Made by a program: the position numbers and the translations under genes. A stretch of 64,000 nt of DNA from Prasinococcaceae sp. CCMP 1430 (lineage: Eukaryota > Plantae > Prasinodermophyta), in the NCBI GenBank assembly GCA_013416795.1, contig RQSC01000026.1:205335-269334 (forward strand). Reading direction: 5' to 3'. The notes below the pieces were generated by a model. That model did not search any database, had not been told where the DNA came from, and was given only the letters and a program-made list of their open reading frames with translations. Below, piece by piece: positions 11,476-21,139 of the stretch (the stretch's first letter is position 1; each line of letters begins with the position of its first letter).

Positions 11476-12179
11476 ATGGCGCGCTCGACCTCCGCCGCTG
11501 CGGCGGTTGCCGTTCTTGCTGCCGCGGCCGCCGCGCCTGGCGCCGATGCCGTGTGCAACATGTGCCACGTGCAGTACTACCACAAGGTGAGCGCAGGCGA
11601 TCGCGTCTGCACGAGTGCGCGCGATCTGGCGCGGAAGTCGCGCGCTGACGAGCGCCCTCCGCCCGCGCCCACCTCAATCCCCCACCCCACCCCGCACACC
11701 GACCACCGGCCCCTGTCCGCCCGCTCTCTCGGCCACGCACCCGTGCACTCATGGACACCTTCGCTCGTCCGTGCGCGCGCCCGCTCGTGCTCGCGCGCGC
11801 CGTGCCCTCTTGCTTGATCGTACGCGCGCGTTTGTCCCGCTTCTGCATGCAGGCTCTCGCGACGCCCGAGCCCGCGCTCTCCACCGCCGGGTACTGCCAG
11901 CAGTACGCTGGCAAGTCTTGCTGCACGGCCGCCACGGCGAACAAGTACGTGCTCGCGCACTGACGCGCGCGCAGAACCCTCGCGCGCGCGTGCGCGCTGC
12001 CACGTCGCCAGCGCCCACTCGTTCCCCACCCACGCATGCCATGCGCCGCGCATGCGCGCGTCCTTGTCCTGGCGTGCCCAGCAGCGCCCCAAACCCTCAA
12101 CGGTCCATCAGGGCTGTCACGCACGTCCCGGGTGTACATCCACGCGCGCACACGCACGTACGCACCGACGTACTCCTCC

Positions 12180-12218
<39 letters not shown>

Positions 12219-13784
12219 ACGGCACGGGCGCAACGGACTAAACGCACGCGCGTGTGCGGGGAAGCGGAGCGCGCGGCAGGCGTCGCCGAGCGCGTCGCCG
12301 AGCGCGTCGCCGAGCACCACCGCCAGCACCACCGCCGGCACCGCCACGGCCGGCACCAGCGCCGGCGCCAGCGCCGCCGAGTTAAGGTTCAGACGCAAAC
12401 TGTGGGCCAAACTTCGCGCCCATTTGGGGTTACATCTCGGCTTGCACGTAGGGTTCACACCTTTGCGAAGCGGCGCCGAGTTTAGGTTAGAGTGCAAACT
12501 GAAGGTCAAACTCCGGACGGCTTTGGGGTAGGTATCGGCTCCTTATTAGGGTTCCTGAATAGTTTCCTGGGGGCGGCGGCTGGCGGCGGCTGCTCGCGCT
12601 GACTTGGTCACGTGCAATCGAGTAGGGGTGCCTGAGCTCCGCTCAGTGCTGAGATTATACCCTCAACTACCGGACCAGGATAATGCCTGCGTCGGAAACT
12701 CGCAACTCACACACACGCACACACACGCACACAAACGCGGTGCAGCGTCCACAACGACGTGCTGTACAGCTCGGACTACCGCTGGGACAAGGTGCGCATG
12801 GGGATGAGGGAGGATGTGCCACGCGGCGCGAACGCTCGGTCGGCAGATCCCGGCGCGCTCGTAGCAGACGTGCACGCGCCGTTGCTGACATCCCGCCGCC
12901 GCGGAACCCGCCAAACCGGCTGTGGCCTTGTCGCGCGCGCGCGCGCGCCCGCCCGTCCTCGCGCGCGCCCTCGCGCACGTGTCGCGCGCGCGCGGCACTC
13001 GCGAGCACAGTGCGGCAAGATGAGCGACGCCTGCCAGCAGTACTTCATCGATGAGGCGTGCCTGTACGAGTGCGACGAGCACGCCGGCCGCTACCGCAAG
13101 CATGAGAACTGCTCGGACCCGGACGGCAACCACTGGCAGATCGAGAACATGCCCATCAAGGCCTCCTTCTGGGACGGCTGGTACGAGGCGTGCAAGGACG
13201 ACCTCTTCTGTGGCCGCGGCTACTTCGACATGCCCACGTGCACGCAGGACCAGTGCAGCAAGTTCTCCGACATCTACGAGGACGGCGAGGACCTCGCGAT
13301 CGCCATGTGGGGCGGCGCCTTCACCTACGAGACCGACGAGACCAACGCCTACACCATGAGCTTCAAGGTGGGCGAGGAGAACCCCAACGACTCCGTCGAC
13401 CACCCGGCGGCCTTCCCGAACACGTGCGAGGGTTCCAGCCACGACTCCGTCTCGTTCAACGACCTGCAGGACTGCTTCGACGCGGAGATCAAGAGCATCG
13501 AGACGCTCCTCGCCTTTCACGCCGAGCACTCGGAGGAGGACCACGACTCCTCCTCCAACGCCAAGAGCATCGAGACGCTCCTCGCCTTTCACGCCGAGCA
13601 CTCGGACGAGATCGAGACGCTCCTCGCCTTTCACGCCGAGCACTCGGACGAGGACCACGACGACTCCTCCTCCATCGCCATCGCCGGCGTGGCCCTCGCG
13701 GCGCTCGCGTGCGTGCTCGCCTTCATCGCCATCATCCGCGGCGGCAAGAAGGCCGGCGCTGCCAAGTCGCCCAACTTCAACTAA
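11476..13784 (+). CDS. Folate receptor/riboflavin-binding-protein family membrane protein (exons 11476-11586, 11853-11944, 12746-12791, 13011-13784)
   Basis: Signal peptide, then a Cys pattern matching the folate receptor family: CHVQYYHK..PEP..YCQQY..SCCT..YRWDKCGKMSDACQQYFIDEACLYECD..MPI..WYEACKDDLFC. C-terminal TM helix. All splice phases are compatible. TGTAA at about 13869. Confidence 0.88.
12181..12218. repeat. Poly-C homopolymer within intron
   Basis: Direct inspection. Confidence 0.9.
12280..12570. repeat. Degenerate 12-bp minisatellite grading into an imperfect ~99-bp tandem duplication
   Basis: CGCCGAGCGCGT-type units. 12371 GCGCCGCCGAGTTAAGGTT..GCAAACTG..CAAACT..TTTGGGGT..TCGGCT..TAGGGTTC is paralleled at 12470. 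Confidence 0.7.
12619..12702 (+). ncRNA. TPP (THI-box) riboswitch aptamer, intronic
   Basis: P1 CGAGT/ACTCG; P2 AGGG/CCCT with GGTGC; P3 CTGAGC/GCTCAG; conserved GCTGAGA and ATACCC; P4 CCG/CGG; P5 CAGG/CCTG with ATAATG loop, followed by GCG. Confidence 0.95.
13491..13673 (+). repeat. Three in-frame tandem copies encoding IETLLAFHAEHS(E/D)E
   Basis: Nucleotide-identical core ATCGAGACGCTCCTCGCCTTTCACGCCGAGCACTCGGA, three copies. Confidence 0.95.
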
Positions 13785-14211
13785 GCGCGCGCCACGCACG
13801 CACGCGCGAGCGCGCACACGCGCACTCGAGCGCAACAACGCCGCTGAGCACCACCTCTCTCAGTCTACTGTAAGCTTCTGAGTCAACACCGAAGAGTCTG
13901 TGCTCTCCTCTGCTCGCGCCCGTGCTCGCGGCGGGGTGTGTGTGTGAGTGTCAGTGTCAGTGTCTGCGCGTGCGTCACTGTGTGTGTGTGTGTGTGTGTC
14001 TGTCAGCGTGCGCGTCGTGTGACGCGCGCATTGCGCGCCGTCGCGGGCGTGCGGCACACGCCCGCGCCGCCGCGCGCGAGAGCGTCCGTAAGTGCGTGTA
14101 TGCACGCGCGTCTGTGTTAGCGTGCGCATGCGCGTGTGCGTGTGCGTGCGCTCGCGGATGCGCGCGCGTGTGTGTGTGTGCGAGCGCGCGGGCCAGCGCG
14201 CACAGACACAC

Positions 14212-14295
14212 CTTGCCGCCGCTTCGCGCCGCGCCCTTGGCGCCCACGCGCTGGGGCGAGTGGCAGACGGGCTTAGCCTGGTACGCGCCGCCGAC
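14212..14295 (-). CDS. Isolated 84-nt exon of a minus-strand gene whose 5' part lies in the gap
   Basis: Flanked by GCTGAC branch, CAG acceptor and AAG|GTGTGT donor; reads VGGAYQAKPVCHSPQRVGAKGAARSGGK. Confidence 0.45.
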
Positions 14296-14347
14296 CTGCG
14301 CGCACGCGGCGAAGCGCGAGCGAGAGCGCCTGCGTCAGCGTGTGTGC

Positions 14348-14351
<4 letters not shown>

Positions 14352-14443
<92 letters not shown>
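14352..14443. repeat. (GT)n microsatellite running into gap
   Basis: Direct inspection. Confidence 0.95.
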
Positions 14444-14719
14444 NNNNNNNNNNNNNNNNNNNNNNNNNNNNNNNNNNNNNNNNNNNNNNNNNNNNNNNNN
14501 NNNNNNNNNNNNNNNNNNNNNNNNNNNNNNNNNNNNNNNNNNNNNNNNNNNNNNNNNNNNNNNNNNNNNNNNNNNNNNNNNNNNNNNNNNNNNNNNNNNN
14601 NNNNNNNNNNNNNNNNNNNNNNNNNNNNNNNNNNNNNNNNNNNNNNNNNNNNNNNNNNNNNNNNNNNNNNNNNNNNNNNNNNNNNNNNNNNNNNNNNNNN
14701 NNNNNNNNNNNNNNNNNNN

Positions 14720-15150
14720 CGCCGCCCGCGCCGGGGAGCGTCGCGGCTGCGCAGCTCAGCCAGGCGGCCGCGGCGCTGCGCGCGGCGCTCGCGCGCGGCA
14801 GGGAGGTGTTGGGCGAGGCAGACCTCGCCGTGGGTGCCGGCGAGCGGGCGTTGGCGCTCGTGATCGCCGAGGCGGGTGACACGGCGGCAGCAGAGGAGGC
14901 GGCGCGCGCCGCGGTGGCGACGCTCGAGTGCGTGCGCGGGGAGGCGGCAGCGGCCAACGCGGCGGTGCGAGCCGCGGAGGAGAAGGGCCTCCCGCCGCCC
15001 TCGCGCATCAAGGTGGTGTCCATGCGGGCCGCTACGAAGGAGCTCGGCGAGGCGCTCCGCCTGACGGCCTACCTGGCAGCGGTCGCCAGTGATCACGACG
15101 CGGAGGAGCGCGCGCTCGCGAGGGCGGACGCCATCGGCGGCGGCGCGTGA
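14720..15150 (+). CDS. 3' part of Ala-rich helical hypothetical protein
   Basis: Open frame from the gap to TGA, coding-like composition, TGTAA at about 15245. Confidence 0.55.
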
Positions 15151-15388
15151 CGATGCGTTGCAAGGGATGCGGCGGGGCCGCTGCTGCCACGCGCGTGTGC
15201 TCGCAGGCGCGCTCGCAGGCGCGCTCGCCGTGCGTGTGCGTGCATGTAAAGTAGGGATTGACAGTTCTGTTATTACCTTGGAGTTGCGCGCCTTCTGCGG
15301 CCTTCGCCACACTACCACCCACATTCGCATTCGCTACGATCCGACGCGCCGGCTTCGTCCCAGCCACGCCGGCGCACTCGCATGCAGC

Positions 15389-16548
15389 TCACGTCACCCG
15401 TGGAACGAGCGCGACCGACGGGCACGCCTGCTTCACAAGCGAGCGCTCTCCGCGCACGCGCGCGGCTCCGAGCCTCCCCTTGCGATCCGCCATCTCGCGG
15501 ACAAACTCCTCGCGCGTGGCGGCCTCTTGCACAAGGGCCTCCTCACGCGCGCGTGCAGCCTGAAGGGAGACTCTGAGCTCGGTGCAGCGCGCGCGCGCGG
15601 CCAGGAGCGACATGCTGAGCTCTGATGCCTCGCGCGTCACCTCGTCCTCACGAGAAAGCGCCGCCTCGAGGGATGCCCCGAGTTGCGCCACTTTGCGAGC
15701 GAGCTTTTCCTCGCGCGCAAGAGCTGCCCTGAACGAAGCCCCCAGCTTCGCTGCCTCGCGCACAAGCTCCCCGTCCTTGGCCCGCGCGGCCTCGAGGGAT
15801 TCCCTGTACTGTGCTGCCTCTCGCTGAAGCTCGGCCGTGCGTTTCTCAGCTTCGTGCAGGCGGCGTCGCTCTTCGCGCGCCCGCGCCCGCTCGTGGAACT
15901 CGCTAGAACCTGGGGCGAATTCGTCGAGCGCATCGTGGAAGACCTCCGTGGCACCGCCGCCGTCCGGGCCCGCGTCCCCGGCAGGCTTGTGGGCTGCAGC
16001 CCCCGTGCTCTCGTCTGTGCCGTCCCTTTCAGGGCGGACGGCCGCAGGCGCCTTAGACGCTGGCGCTGATGTGCTTGTGTGCGCCGTGGCTTGAGGCTTG
16101 GGCACACGCGTTTGGGTAGGAGCGGCCGTCACCGCCTTTACTTTGATCGCCCCCTCGACTCGTGCCTCAAGAGCGAGCGGTACAGGCGTCGCGGCGTTGG
16201 CGTCGTCACCGGCACAGCGACGGCGCGTTTTCGCCACCGCCACCGCCGCGATGGGCGACGTAGCCGCGGTCGAGGCACGCGCGGGTGGCGGAGTGCGCGG
16301 CGGCTTCCTCCGCCCAACGCCCTGCGAGCGGGGGGGCGTGCCAGCACCTCCTCCCAGCGCCACCGCGCCGGCCGCCTCGCGCCGCCTGCGCAGCGACTCT
16401 GCGAGCGTTTCCTTTCTGCTTTGCGCGTCCGCATCTGCAGCGCCCCGGGCCTCGCGCAGACGCAGTCGCGCGAGCTCACGCGCGAGCGCGGCCGCGTGGC
16501 GGCCCTCGTCGGCGAGCTGCGCGAGCAGCCCGCGCGCGGCCCCCTCCG
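15389..16548 (-). CDS. Coiled-coil hypothetical protein (5' in gap; 3' exon structure uncertain)
   Basis: Heptad-like repeats (REEKLARKVAQLGASLEAALSREDEV...). Confidence 0.6.
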
Positions 16549-17044
16549 NNNNNNNNNNNNNNNNNNNNNNNNNNNNNNNNNNNNNNNNNNNNNNNNNNNN
16601 NNNNNNNNNNNNNNNNNNNNNNNNNNNNNNNNNNNNNNNNNNNNNNNNNNNNNNNNNNNNNNNNNNNNNNNNNNNNNNNNNNNNNNNNNNNNNNNNNNNN
16701 NNNNNNNNNNNNNNNNNNNNNNNNNNNNNNNNNNNNNNNNNNNNNNNNNNNNNNNNNNNNNNNNNNNNNNNNNNNNNNNNNNNNNNNNNNNNNNNNNNNN
16801 NNNNNNNNNNNNNNNNNNNNNNNNNNNNNNNNNNNNNNNNNNNNNNNNNNNNNNNNNNNNNNNNNNNNNNNNNNNNNNNNNNNNNNNNNNNNNNNNNNNN
16901 NNNNNNNNNNNNNNNNNNNNNNNNNNNNNNNNNNNNNNNNNNNNNNNNNNNNNNNNNNNNNNNNNNNNNNNNNNNNNNNNNNNNNNNNNNNNNNNNNNNN
17001 NNNNNNNNNNNNNNNNNNNNNNNNNNNNNNNNNNNNNNNNNNCG

Positions 17045-18525
17045 ATGAGCGGCGCGGCGCTCGCCGCGCTCTTCGGCTGCTGCGACTTCGCGCGGCCGCG
17101 AGTGGCGCAGGGTGCGGCGGGAGGCGGCAAGGAGAGCGGCGGCGGGGACGGCGGCGGCGGCGGCGGCGCGTGGGCGTCGTTCCCACCGCCCGGCAACGAG
17201 GGCAAGGCCGAGCACTCGAGACAGCGAGAGAGCACTCCCGGTGCGCGAGACGCCTCGATGGCCCGCGCGGGGGGATCCTACGTGCGCGTCCCAAGCGACG
17301 TCGAGAGCGGCGCTGGGCATGCGGCCACGGAGGCGCCCGCTGCGGCAGCGCTGCCGACTCGCACCAAGGAGACATGGGTGCTCAACAAGAGCCGCGACGA
17401 GGCTTCCGGGCGCAAGCGCATAAACCAGTACACGAAGATCAGAGCGCTGGGGCAGGGGAGCTACGGCAAGGTGTGCGCTCGCCGCCCTGCTGCCGGTGGG
17501 AGCGCGCGTGCGCGTGCGCTCGGTTCGTGCGCGCGAGGGACCGCACCACGGTGCTCTGACGCTTGCCCTTACCCCGCGCGCAGGTGGTCCTGTACGAGGA
17601 CGAGCGAGGCGGCGTTGTGGCCGTCAAGGTGCTCGCTCGTGCCAAGCTGCGGAAGGCCGTTGTGAGTGGGCACACGGCGCTCACCGACGCGATGCGCGAG
17701 GTGGCCATTATGAAACAGCTCCACTGCGATCAGGTGGTGCGCCTGATCGAGGTGATCGATGATTTGCGTGAAGAGAAGCTCTACCTGGTCATGGAGTTCG
17801 CCCAGGGAGGCGTGGCGATGGAGCCCGTGCGCCGCGAGAAAGCCATGAGGGAGAGCGACGCCGCGCGCCAGGTGGTCGCCGACGCGGCATCGGGCACGGC
17901 GTATCTGCACGCGCGCGGCGTATGCCACCTTGACATCGTGCGTGCCGTGCTGCCTGCCTCGCCTGGCCGCGCGCGCACCGCCGCTTCGGCGCAGCTGCAA
18001 ACGCGCGGCATTGGCGCGCCGGCAGACGCCGCTGACGCGCGCGCGCGCCCGCGTCTCCTGCAGAAACCCGAAAACCTGCTGATGTTTTCGGGCGGCCGCG
18101 CCAAGCTCGGCGACATGGGCGTGTCGCAGGCATTTTCGGGCGAGAACGACTCGCTGCTGCGCTCGCCAGGCACGCCCGCGTTCTTCTCGCCCGAGTGCTG
18201 CGTGGGTGGCGAGTACAGCGGCCGCGCGGCGGACTGTTGGGCGTTGGGTGTCACCATCTACTGCCTCGTCTTCGGCAGCTACCCTTTCATTGGAAACACG
18301 GAGGCAGCGACGTACGCCGCAATCCAGCGCTCGGAGCTGGTGCTACCCAGGGGCACGAGCGCGGAGCTTGAGAGCTTGCTGCGTGGCCTGCTGCACCCCG
18401 ACCCGGGCAAGCGCATGTGTGCTGCCGACGCAGCGTGCCACCCCTGGCTCGGTGCGCACGCCAAGCGGGACGCGTATGCCCTCGGCGCCGCGGGCGGCCC
18501 CAGCGACGACGGCAGCCGGCCATGA
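17045..18525 (+). CDS. CaMKK-family SnRK1-activating kinase (GRIK/SnAK-like); introns 17471-17583, 17938-18063
   Basis: TKET...GRKRINQY..LGQGSYGK|VVLY, TALTDAMREVAIMK, LIEVIDD, HLDI|KPENLL, RSPGTPAFFSPECC, YSGRAADCWALGVT. Confidence 0.9.
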
Positions 18526-18814
18526 GGTCTCGTCTCGCCCGCGCCCGCTCGTGCGCAGCAGGCCCTGTAGACGAGCCGACGGGCGGGCTGCTGGCTCTGC
18601 GTGCCACCGCACGTGTGCGGACGCGCTGCTCAGTATCCAGCGCAGCCAGCGACGCGTGTGCACCCGTGCGTGCGTACCGACTATAACATATTGAAATGTA
18701 GTGTGTATCGCGAGTGTCTGCGCGCGCGCGAGCGCGCGAGCGTGCGAGGCGCGCGGGCCGATGCTAGCGCCAGCGCGCCTCCGCGTCGCCGTCCGGCGAG
18801 CCCCTCGCACGCAT

Positions 18815-19396
18815 TCAGAGCTTGACGTTGACATTGAGCGACTGCAGGTCGAAGGCCCAGCCGCCCTTGCCGGGCAATGGCGACGGCACGCCGGCGCTGG
18901 CGCTGATGCCCACTCGCGCGGGCGTGCCGGGTAGCTTGAGCGACGCTGCAGCCGGCAGGCTCTTGCCCAGCGTGATGAGCGCGCCTGCGCCCAGTAGCTT
19001 GAGCTTGAGATCGGTGGCACTGACGTCGGGCGCGGCCAGCTTGGCCTTGCCGTCCTTGACCGTCGCGCCGAGCGAGATCTTGGCGAGGTCGCGGATCGCG
19101 ACGGGGCGCGTGCGCACGCCGACGGTGCCGTCCTCCTTGGCGAAGATCCTCCCGTGCTTGGTGTTCATCCACGCCATCTTCTTGGGCGCCACCTCCACGC
19201 CGACCCGCGCCTTGTCGCCGAGCCCGAGCCCCGCGGGCGCAGCCACGCTCACACCGAGCGCGGCGACGACGGAGCGCGCGGGCGCGTACGCGTCCATGTC
19301 CACGCCGTAGCTCACCTCGCATGGCCCCACGCCGGCCGTCCGCCGCACCGACACGCGCGAGCTGCGCGGCCGCGGCAGCTCCGAGAGGACGCCCAT
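18815..19396 (-). CDS. Beta-strand-rich hypothetical protein, possible organellar outer-membrane beta-barrel
   Basis: Intronless 193-aa ORF with alternating hydrophobic strands, ending WAFDLQSLNVNVKL. Confidence 0.6.
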   Translation of the reverse strand: MGVLSELPRPRSSRVSVRRTAGVGPCEVSYGVDMDAYAPARSVVAALGVSVAAPAGLGLGDKARVGVEVAPKKMAWMNTKHGRIFAKEDGTVGVRTRPVAIRDLAKISLGATVKDGKAKLAAPDVSATDLKLKLLGAGALITLGKSLPAAASLKLPGTPARVGISASAGVPSPLPGKGGWAFDLQSLNVNVKL

Positions 19397-19583
19397 AGCC
19401 GCCGCCCGCCCGCCCGCGGGGAAAATCGGGGAACGCCCCGGGGAGGGGAGGGAGCGAGCGCGGGAGCGCGCGGGCGAGGGAGGGAGGGACGTGCACCGGA
19501 GCGGGCGGCCTCTGGCGCAGCCAGCTGGGGAGGGGGGACGTGCACCCGAGCGGGCGCGCTCCGGCGCACCACGCCCAGATCGG

Positions 19584-19634
19584 CGGATTTGACGGTCCGA
19601 GCGCGCATGACGCGCGCTCGGACCGTCAAATCCG
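19584..19634. repeat. Perfect 23-bp inverted repeat with 5-nt loop
   Basis: CGGATTTGACGGTCCGAGCGCGC-ATGAC-GCGCGCTCGGACCGTCAAATCCG. Confidence 0.95.
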
Positions 19635-19874
19635 AGGATTATAATCAAATAGAATTTATAAAACGCGGCAATCAGTGTATTTCGACGGGATGTTCCGCGA
19701 AACAACACAGGACGGGGGAAACCGAAGGGGTTTCGGTTAGAACCGATGCAGTTTGAGGTTTCAATGATAGGGTCCATACATTTTGGTGGTTTCCCGGTCC
19801 GGTGCGTTTCGGACGCTTTTTTTTTTTTTGCGACGTCAAAAGGGCTTCGAAAGTCAGCTCGCGGCGAGATGAAT

Positions 19875-20285
19875 TTAAAATAAAATAAAAAACGACTTGC
19901 GCGTTGATGAGACAGGCGAATCCGCATCAAAAGCGATGTTGGGGTGCTCGGCGGCGGCTGGGGCGCTCGGGGGGAGCTTGGGTGCCGCAGTACTTGGTGC
20001 CTTCCACCGAGAGGTCGTCCCACACGCACGAGCTATGGGACTCGAGGTTGAAAGCAGTGAAGGTGTAATTGGCGGGACCATCGATGAGGATGGTTCCGTC
20101 CTGGTTGTTGCCGTAGTTGCTCGGGTGGCCCAGCGACGTGACCACGGCACTGAGGGCGCCTGAGCAGCCGTAGCATTCGTATTCGACGTCGCCGCTAATC
20201 TCCACGGCGTGCACAAATGGCGGCGGAGGAGGTGAAGGCGGCGGTGAGGGTGAAGGCGGCGGCGAGGGCGGCGCCGGGGGCGGCG
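19875..20285 (-). pseudogene. Ser/Pro-rich (HRGP-like) linker + CUB-like domain, frameshifted
   Basis: PPSPPPSPSPPP then TSLGHPSNYGNNQDG..FTAFNLESHSSCVWDDLSVEGTKYCG. The expected C-terminal strand (IAFDADSPVS..SF) is in another frame after a C-run near 19970. Confidence 0.6.
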
Positions 20286-20286
20286 N

Positions 20287-20658
20287 AACTCGTCTGCACG
20301 CGCGGAGCGCACGCGGCGCGGCGGCGCGTCAGGAACCCTCCCGGCAGCGATGTGGCGCGCGCTGCGCGCGAGGGCGACGCGGGGGCGGCGGGGGGCATGG
20401 CGGGGCCGGCGCATCCGCCGGCCCCCAGGGCGATCGCGCGCGCCTCGCGCCGCGCGGACACTCACTGATCACGCGGTGGAACGAGGAGCCCTTGAAGTGC
20501 AGCGGCTTGCCGCTCACGCCCATGCCCTTCTCGCCCGTGCACAGGCAGCGGAAGTTCTCGGCCGTCTTGGGCACGACGTCCGCGCGGAGCGTCATCTCGA
20601 TGCGGCCCGCGGGCTTGCCGCCGATGCTCATGTCGAAGAACACGACCGGGTTCGCCAT
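20287..20658 (-). CDS. Cyclophilin-type PPIase, 5' part only (exon 20466-20658; exon 2 starts at 20293 and is cut by N at 20286)
   Basis: [46 protein letters not shown]. Confidence 0.95.
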
Positions 20659-20799
20659 GGCTGACTAGAAGTGGGGCGAGGTGGGCGCGGGCTGAAAGCT
20701 CGGGGTATGGGGCGGGGGGGAGGAGGGCGAGTGCGGTGTGCCGCCTGCGCGCAGCGCCTCGGCAGCGCGCGCAGGCGGCGCGCGCGCGGGCGATCGATC

Positions 20800-21000
20800 C
20801 CAAAATACATTCCGCTAAACTCACAAGCATCTTGTTACACACATATAATCGACGGATATCAATATCGTATTCCTCATTCCGAAAAAAGCGCCGATCGGCG
20901 GCGCCGGGAGAAAGGCGACGGCGCCGCGCGCGGCGCGGATGAAAGGGTTCGCGATGGAGTTGCGCATTATGGTATTAGGGTTTTCAATGTAGGGTCTCGT
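20800..21000. promoter_or_regulatory. AT-rich divergent promoter island (cyclophilin/PiT) with telo-box at 20975-20983
   Basis: Local AT enrichment between head-to-head genes; TTAGGGTTT. Confidence 0.6.
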
Positions 21001-21062
21001 GCGTGTGGGCATCTTTGGTCCTCCGCGAGCGAATCTTCGATCTGCACGAGCGTGCACACGTG

Positions 21063-21095
<33 letters not shown>

Positions 21096-21139
21096 ACGGC
21101 GCACGGCGCACGCGGCGCACACACACGGCGGCGGCCACG

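Noticed and set aside
12171-12624. Stowaway-like MITE (TACTCC...GAGTA)
   Set aside because: Only 5 bp of terminal complementarity, and the right end is the riboswitch P1 strand.
13491-13673. CRISPR-like direct repeats
   Set aside because: In-frame coding repeats in a eukaryotic gene, with no unique spacers and no cas genes.
18108-18120. DMG instead of DFG in both kinases
   Set aside because: A tolerated variant; the catalytic Lys and Asp residues are intact, so there is no evidence of a pseudokinase.
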